From Chondromyces crocatus (GTDB lineage: Bacteria; Myxococcota_A; Polyangia; Polyangiales; Polyangiaceae), in the NCBI RefSeq assembly GCF_001189295.1, contig NZ_CP012159.1, positions 4,168,525 through 4,232,524 on the forward strand: a stretch of 64,000 nt of DNA. The letters run 5' to 3'. The stretch's first letter is position 1, and each line of letters opens with the position of its first letter. This document shows positions 59,301-64,000 of the stretch, piece after piece. Under the pieces are notes generated by a model. That model worked only from the letters and a program-made list of their open reading frames with translations. It did not search any database and had not been told where the DNA came from. A program made the position numbers and the translations under genes.

Positions 59301-61383
59301 CGACATGGGGAGTGTGGTGTCGCGGCTGTCGCGCGCGCAGTTCCTGACGTCCGATCCGATCAGCGCGCCGGCGCTGCCCTGGGACGATCGCTGGGTCGTG
59401 GGCGCCGGGCCCGGGGGGACGCTGTTCGTGGGGGATCTGCGATCGTCGGAGCCCGAGCCGGTCGTGGATCCGGCGGTGGAAGAGGCGCTGGAGGGGGTGT
59501 CGTCGAGCTTCCCGACGCCGCGGGCGCACTCGCTGCGGATCCACGAGACACCCATCGTCGAGCGGGTGCCGTTCGCGTTCGACACGGCCGTGGCGACGCG
59601 CGCTGCGTCCGGTGAGGTGCGGGTGGTGCGGCTGCGCGCGAGGCATCCGCCTGCGCTGGTGGCCGTGGCGCCGGTGCGGTGTGTCAGCGCGCTGCACGCG
59701 GCGGCGGCGGCGCCGGTGCTGGCGTGCTCGACCGAGGAGGGGATCGCGCGCTGGGATCTCCGGCGCGGGACCGGCGCGCCGGCCGTGGATCGGCACGCGT
59801 TCCGGGGGGTGGTGCTGGACGTGTCGCCAGACGGGACGCGCGTGGCCGCTGCGCTGGGGCGGAAGGTGCTCCTGTGGGAGCCGCGGCGGCAGAACGGGGT
59901 GACGGTGCCGGGCAAGGAGCTGGAGGTGACGCTGCGGGGTCCCGCCATGCTGGGGAGCTGGAGCCCGAGGGACGCCGTCATCGCGCTGGTGGAGCCGGGC
60001 AGGTTCGCGGTCTACCCGTTCCCGGGTGCGGGTGCCGGTGCCGGTGCCGGTGCCGGTGCGGGTGCCGGTGCCGGTGCGGAGGTGCGCCCGTTGATCGCGC
60101 GCGCGATCGACATCAACCCGGCGTCCGCGCGCTGGGATGCTGGAGGGCTGGACTTCGGGCTGTGCAGCGCGAGCCGAGAGGGGGCGTGGTACTACCTGAG
60201 GCGCGGAGGGCGTGCTGCCGAGGACGCGCCGCCCGAGGGCTCCCCGTGCGCGGCCAGAGGGCAGCTCACGGCCGAGGTGCTGCGCTCGGAGCGCGATGCG
60301 CCGGAACTCGCGGATCTGGAGATCGGTCCGCATCCCCTGGCCGGTGGGTTCCGTCTGCCCGATGGCCGCGTGCTGAGCCGGGATCTCGTGCTGTTCACCC
60401 CGGGGGCATCCGTCGCGGGGCGGCTGCTGCGGTTCGTGGGCCGTGACGCGGCGGGCGAGGAGCTGCCGGCCGGGGATGGAACGTCGGTGGCGGCGGTGCT
60501 GCGCGACGACGAGCAGGTGGCCTTCCAGATCGGAGATGCGGTGCACCTCCACGACGTGCGGAGCGGGCGGAGGCTGCTCTCGCACGAGGGTCGCCTGGTG
60601 CGCCGCTGTGATGGGGGTCGTCTCGTCGGGGCGAAGGCGGAGGGCGATGCGTGGCGCTTCTTCGACGTGCGCACGGGTACGGCGTTCGCGCGCGCGCGGC
60701 GATCTCCTGGGCTGTTGCTCGGGCTGTCGGCGGACTGCAAGCGCCTGGTCACCCAGTCGCTGGACGGGGTGCTGCGCGTGGCGCCGCTGGGGGAGGAGGG
60801 GAGCGCAGCGCGGGTGATCGGGGAGCTGCCCGGTTACGTGTTCGATGTCGCGCCGAGCGCTGCGCGAGACGGCGTCGGGGCGAGCTTGCTGCTCGCGTCC
60901 AGCTCCGGGGCGGTGGTGCGCGTGGACGACGCCACGGGGGAGGTGAAGGTGCTGGCCCAGGCGATCCCCCATGCGACGGCGCTGGGGAATGGCCCTTCGC
61001 CCGGCGACGTGGTGTACGTGGACAGCACGGGCGTGGCGCTGGTGCGCGCGTCCGGAGCCATCGAGCGGCTGCTGGAGGCGTCGTGGGGGGCATCATGGGA
61101 GGATTTCTCGGTCGCGCCCGATGGTCGGACGATGCTGCTGTCGTCGGTCGATCGTGTCGCTGCGCTCGACCTGTCGCGGGGTGAGCTGCTCGGTTCGGTC
61201 GACGCCGAGGGCTGTGAGCGGCTCGCGCCCTGGGACGATGAGGGATCGGTGCTGGCGTGGTCGTTCGATCGGGTCGGCATGCCCGAGGGGCGGGTGATCC
61301 CGCGTGGCGCGTCGCTGGTGCAGCTCCTCGCCCGCGTGACGTCCAACCTGGAGGTCACCCAGAAGCGGCTGACGCCGCGCTGA
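56368..61383 (+). CDS. Giant (1671 aa) Ser/Thr protein kinase, STAND-type P-loop NTPase, and C-terminal repeat/propeller-like region
   Basis: Kinase motifs: YRLCARIGRGGFGDVW, VALKLL, HARDVVHLDLKPANLFL, VKVLDFGIS. P-loop VVLVGARGVGKTSLACAG lies about 450 aa in. The long C-region includes a (GA)9 tract. Confidence 0.8.
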   Translation: MASPMGPLEDPAQEPADGSTLIDASGGTLPDPSGRAGSGRVTSPEGPAVRERAPGDVLDRRYRLCARIGRGGFGDVWRAEELLPGGAAFRQVALKLLVADFADAAHWMKEAKLLASFRHPSLVTVYAAGILNDAPPSVAGASVPPLPSTPSVPSVPSGPVASGSVPPARPLPFVAMELLEGCTLAEVLKQRGAIPWRRVLAWARDVAAALDVIHARDVVHLDLKPANLFLDRDGAVKVLDFGISRQSGAQPVRALRAHGPPSMREVDDSAPTAALVPGQTAFAATRPAAPAVATAAGRTARGVVGTPGFIAPEVIGMAEPSAATDAYALAVCVVQLATGMLPHAAPEEPKDWSDPSSVSAWWSALREATLGGKLRDLAADPARLPQGLLALLTRLLAPEPAARGVVAGRLRALLDEVWLRPHGVPAVPYAGLAALPSTFEGVLFGRDDDLGRLGRELEFEPAVVLVGARGVGKTSLACAGLAPTLARGQVDQKDDWAVVMVRPGEDPEGALAAALGEVSPELATVDVDTLLRWCALSPVGLAVVVDPMDELAVAAEKSGRLAALCAALGAGECLPGVRLIGVLGEDLAPVLLDGPLGDRLRGALRYVGPPAASTVRDLVQGPARLRGARLEGIEPVILEVRRELRENAGALPFVALALSAFWGARRTIGGQESLSGEAWKRLGGVRGALARHADRVFASLSAPERSLAEEILLRLGAADESPLRWQEQELIEVVASDGDAVRALVGVAGVAGVAGAAGAEGGASGPVSVARGAAGVASPPGGASGAADAGGAGGEAAVGQVLATLERALLVRRRGGAVEVSHPGLLTGWPLLRAVRDREAPRLRVLERLREAADAWERSGYSAALLLRTDELRKVPAHGLTRGELELVRASRRRAGFRLARRIGTGVLLSALLVGAVGTERVMATRQSEADAARRAAEARADLAEILDKSRRTEDPYARAAFAAEAMARGSTDAMLPLDMGSVVSRLSRAQFLTSDPISAPALPWDDRWVVGAGPGGTLFVGDLRSSEPEPVVDPAVEEALEGVSSSFPTPRAHSLRIHETPIVERVPFAFDTAVATRAASGEVRVVRLRARHPPALVAVAPVRCVSALHAAAAAPVLACSTEEGIARWDLRRGTGAPAVDRHAFRGVVLDVSPDGTRVAAALGRKVLLWEPRRQNGVTVPGKELEVTLRGPAMLGSWSPRDAVIALVEPGRFAVYPFPGAGAGAGAGAGAGAGAGAEVRPLIARAIDINPASARWDAGGLDFGLCSASREGAWYYLRRGGRAAEDAPPEGSPCAARGQLTAEVLRSERDAPELADLEIGPHPLAGGFRLPDGRVLSRDLVLFTPGASVAGRLLRFVGRDAAGEELPAGDGTSVAAVLRDDEQVAFQIGDAVHLHDVRSGRRLLSHEGRLVRRCDGGRLVGAKAEGDAWRFFDVRTGTAFARARRSPGLLLGLSADCKRLVTQSLDGVLRVAPLGEEGSAARVIGELPGYVFDVAPSAARDGVGASLLLASSSGAVVRVDDATGEVKVLAQAIPHATALGNGPSPGDVVYVDSTGVALVRASGAIERLLEASWGASWEDFSVAPDGRTMLLSSVDRVAALDLSRGELLGSVDAEGCERLAPWDDEGSVLAWSFDRVGMPEGRVIPRGASLVQLLARVTSNLEVTQKRLTPR
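60030..60083 (+). repeat. (ggtgcS)9 hexanucleotide microsatellite encoding (Gly-Ala)n inside the kinase/STAND gene
   Basis: ggtgcgggtgccggtgccggtgccggtgccggtgcgggtgccggtgccggtgcg, in frame as [20 protein letters not shown]. Confidence 0.85.
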
Positions 61384-61390
61384 CGGACGT

Positions 61391-62173
61391 TCAGTCGACG
61401 GAAGGGACGGTGGCCTCGACCTTGGTCGTCTGGCCGCGCGCGCCGGGAGGCGCACGGAAGGCGAGGCCGGAGAGTTCGCGTCGCATGCACTCGGCGGCCT
61501 CCTCGTGCCTGGGATTGGCGGCAGTGGCCTCGATGCTCGTGGGGATGAGGTAGCCGTTCTCGTCGATGCTGAAGGAGAGGGTGATGCTGTCGGGCGGCAG
61601 GATGGCGCCCTCCGCGTCCCGGCAGCGCTGGACGAGCACCCAGTAGAGCTGCGCCCGCGCCGCTTTCTCGATGGCCGGCGAGGACATGCGGCCGCCGATG
61701 GTCACGTCGCCGAGCGTGACCCGCGGGCGCGGGGACTCGGTGCCGTTCAGGTGGAGGACGGGGGCGTCGGGGGCGTGGCTCGAGGTGGCCGTACCGACAC
61801 GGCTCGTGCCGTTCTCGCCGGTCGGCGAGGCCATCGCGCGGGGGGCCGCGGCGAGGAGCTCTTCCAGGGCCGCCGCGCTCGGTGGTCCGAGCAAGGGGGC
61901 CGCGCTGCTCGTGGCGGGGGGGGCAGAGCGGCGCGCCCCAGGGGCTTCGTCAGGGGCCGCGGGAGGGGGGGGCGCCGTGGCCAGGGGAGTCGGAGGGGCG
62001 TCGCCTGGTTCGCACGCCGTGGCGAGCAGGGCGGACAGGGCCATGAAGAGGGGCGCGAGCAGGACCGTGGCGCGGCGCACGCCACGAGCCTCGATCGAAA
62101 TGAGGGGGCGCGCAATCCCTCGCCTTCGGGACGAGGAAGCCCATTCCCGGGGCACGCGGTTCGTGCATAGCAT
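61391..62173 (-). CDS. Hypothetical lipoprotein-like protein
   Basis: Internal lipobox-like MALSALLATAC, so the true start may be that Met. Pro/Ala-rich linker plus a C-terminal ~100-aa domain. Confidence 0.35.
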   Translation of the reverse strand: MLCTNRVPREWASSSRRRGIARPLISIEARGVRRATVLLAPLFMALSALLATACEPGDAPPTPLATAPPPPAAPDEAPGARRSAPPATSSAAPLLGPPSAAALEELLAAAPRAMASPTGENGTSRVGTATSSHAPDAPVLHLNGTESPRPRVTLGDVTIGGRMSSPAIEKAARAQLYWVLVQRCRDAEGAILPPDSITLSFSIDENGYLIPTSIEATAANPRHEEAAECMRRELSGLAFRAPPGARGQTTKVEATVPSVD

Positions 62174-62277
62174 GGGTCTCGTTGCGGGGAGTTCTCGCCA
62201 CGGAGCGCGGCGCAGTCGGACATGCTGCGCTCCCGGTCCATCCTCACCTGTATCCGCACCTGCGCACGAGGTCGGTC

Positions 62278-63651
62278 ATGAAGCGGCTCACGTCAGCACT
62301 CGCGCTCGCCACGGTCTTTGCGTCACCTTCCGCAGCCCTCGCGGCGGGCCAGAAGCTCCTGCTCTCCGAGGTCGTCCCCTCGGGTGATCAAGCGGAATTC
62401 ATCGAGATCTACAACCCTGGCCCTGCCGCGGTGACCCTGACCAATTACTATCTTGCCGATTACAACACGTATTACAACTCGGTGAACTCCGTCGCACCGT
62501 CTGGTGACACGGACTTTGTGATTCGCTTTCCGGCTGGAGCTGTGATCCAGCCGGGTCAGTTCCAGACCGTCGCCCTCAAAGGCGCCGAGTGTTTCCGGAT
62601 GAACTGCGGGGCTGGCGGTGTGTTCCCCGGCTTCGGTGTGTACCCGACCTACGAGGTGCTTCAGGCCGACGCGACGAAGAGCAGCGCGAGCATCCCCGAT
62701 ATGGTCATTCCTTTCACGAACGCCTTCGGCGCCAATGCAGGATTGACCAACGGAGGCGAGCCCGTGGTCCTGTTCTACTGGGACGGCATGAGCGATCTCG
62801 TGTCCGACGCGGACTACGTGTACTTCGGGACGGGCAGCGGTTCGAACGCGGGGATCAACAAGACCGGCGTGTCCGTGGATGGCCCTGACGCCGACTCGAC
62901 GCCCTCGATGTACTTGCCGGAGACGGCGGACAACGTGGCCCGGCATGCGCCGGTGCATCTGGACTCGACCATCCAGGTGCGGACCACGTGCCGTGTGGAC
63001 TTTGCCGAGACCGGGCAGACGATGAGCGGGAGCAATGGCGTGGCGGGCGCCGACGAGACCAGCGAGAACGGGTCGGTCACCTGGGACGACTGCACGGTGG
63101 CGACGCCGAACGACGGTGACCCCGATGGCGACGGCGTGCTCAGCTCCGTCGACAACTGTCCCACGGTCGCGAACCCCAACCAGGAAGACTCGGACGGCGA
63201 CGGCGTGGGCGACGCGTGCGAGGGCATGGGGACGGGCGGCGGCGGTGCAGGAGGGAGCAGCGGCGTGGGCGGGGGGATGTCGGGGAGCGGTGGTGGCCAG
63301 GGGGGCGCTGGCGGCGCCGGCGGCGCTGGTGGCGCTGGGGGTGACGGCGGCGAAGGCGGCGTCGTTGCCAGCGGCGGTGCAGGAGGGACTGGTGGCGCTG
63401 GTGGAATTGCTGGAGCAGGCGGCGCTGGCGGTGAGCCTGGCGCTGGCGGTGACGGCGGAACCATCGGTACACCTACCTCGTCCGGCAGCGGCGGGAGCGG
63501 GCTCTCGCACGGTGGCGCGGATGGCTGCGGATGTCGCGTTGCCGGGGACACGCGCGGTGCTTCTGCTGGAGCGTCGGCGCTTCTCCTGGCGGTCGGTGCG
63601 CTGGCCCTGACGCGACGACGGGGCAGCGATCGCAAGCGTCGGTCCCCCTGA
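62278..63651 (+). CDS. Secreted protein: lamin-tail-like domain, thrombospondin type-3 (calcium-binding) repeats, Gly-rich region, MYXO-CTERM
   Basis: Signal MKRLTSALALATVFASPSAALAAG. LTD-like LLLSEVVPSGDQAEFIEIYNPGPAAVTLTNYYL. TSP3 motifs DPDGDGVLSSVDNCPTVANPNQEDSDGDGVGDAC. Terminal GCGCRVAG...LLLAVGALALTRRRGS. Confidence 0.6.
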   Translation: MKRLTSALALATVFASPSAALAAGQKLLLSEVVPSGDQAEFIEIYNPGPAAVTLTNYYLADYNTYYNSVNSVAPSGDTDFVIRFPAGAVIQPGQFQTVALKGAECFRMNCGAGGVFPGFGVYPTYEVLQADATKSSASIPDMVIPFTNAFGANAGLTNGGEPVVLFYWDGMSDLVSDADYVYFGTGSGSNAGINKTGVSVDGPDADSTPSMYLPETADNVARHAPVHLDSTIQVRTTCRVDFAETGQTMSGSNGVAGADETSENGSVTWDDCTVATPNDGDPDGDGVLSSVDNCPTVANPNQEDSDGDGVGDACEGMGTGGGGAGGSSGVGGGMSGSGGGQGGAGGAGGAGGAGGDGGEGGVVASGGAGGTGGAGGIAGAGGAGGEPGAGGDGGTIGTPTSSGSGGSGLSHGGADGCGCRVAGDTRGASAGASALLLAVGALALTRRRGSDRKRRSP

Positions 63652-63867
63652 CGCGCTCTCTCGCAACGCCCAGAATTCCTGCCCTTCGCGACACGACGCA
63701 CTTCCCCGGTTCGACCGGAGCGCGTCGTGCCCGCTTGCTCGTGCCTTCCTGACAGCGCTTTTCTCCGGGTGGTCGTGCGGCTATCACGCGGTGTCCGTGG
63801 GAACGCGGCGAGAGGCGCTGTCTTGCCTCGACCACGCGCGCGCCTACATTCGCCTGTGGAGTGCCCT

Positions 63868-64000
63868 GATGCCGTCTGCTGCGCCGTTCGATGCCCGTCT
63901 CATCGCTGTCCGGAAGCTCAGCCCTGGCGTGCGTGAGATGATCTTCGAGCGGGTGGACGGTGAGCCCTTCGTGTTCGACGCCGGCCAGTGGGTGAACTTG
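63868..64000 (+). CDS. FAD-binding oxidoreductase (ferredoxin-reductase-like), N-terminal fragment; runs off the window
   Basis: MPSAAPFDARLIAVRKLSPGVREMIFERVDGEPFVFDAGQWVNL resembles the FAD-binding beta-barrel start of FNR-type reductases. Only 44 codons are visible. Confidence 0.35.

Overview
Dense, GC-rich (~70%) bacterial chromosomal segment that looks myxobacterial: MYXO-CTERM-like tails, many Ser/Thr kinases, and long spurious antisense ORFs in every frame. I support about 47 genes plus several repeats and no rRNA, tRNA, CRISPR array or mobile element. Main gene blocks are: (i) glnE 3' end, then a DUF4105-like / NfeD / two tandem flotillin genes (1-5.7 kb); (ii) an alpha/beta-hydrolase / KAS-III / acyl-CoA ligase operon (6.0-10.0 kb); (iii) yeaH(DUF444)-spoVR without prkA (11.1-13.8 kb); (iv) a 7-gene partner-switching cluster (14.2-21.5 kb) with three RsbW/SiaB-like kinases, two PP2C phosphatases and three paralogous DUF1987/SiaC-like domains, one fused to a SAM-dependent methyltransferase and one fused to its own kinase; (v) a MarR / enoyl-CoA hydratase / acyl-CoA carboxyltransferase block, probably leucine degradation; (vi) a minus-strand NfeD -> flotillin -> 1910-aa AAA+ ATPase with a PilZ-like C-terminus (25.0-34.5 kb); (vii) Ser/Thr kinases, secreted Cys-rich and MYXO-CTERM proteins, a TonB-like protein, RidA, a TetR / Rieske oxygenase pair, sthA, an ECF sigma factor with a C-terminal extension, and a 1671-aa Ser/Thr-kinase/STAND-NTPase giant. 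The most interesting items, which existing annotation categories would miss, are the DUF1987-methyltransferase fusion cluster, the flotillin-linked giant AAA+-PilZ protein, a highly regular 22-bp x ~15 tandem repeat array at 43.76-44.09 kb, and an 85-bp x 4 tandem repeat in a low-GC intergenic region at 10.16-11.1 kb.
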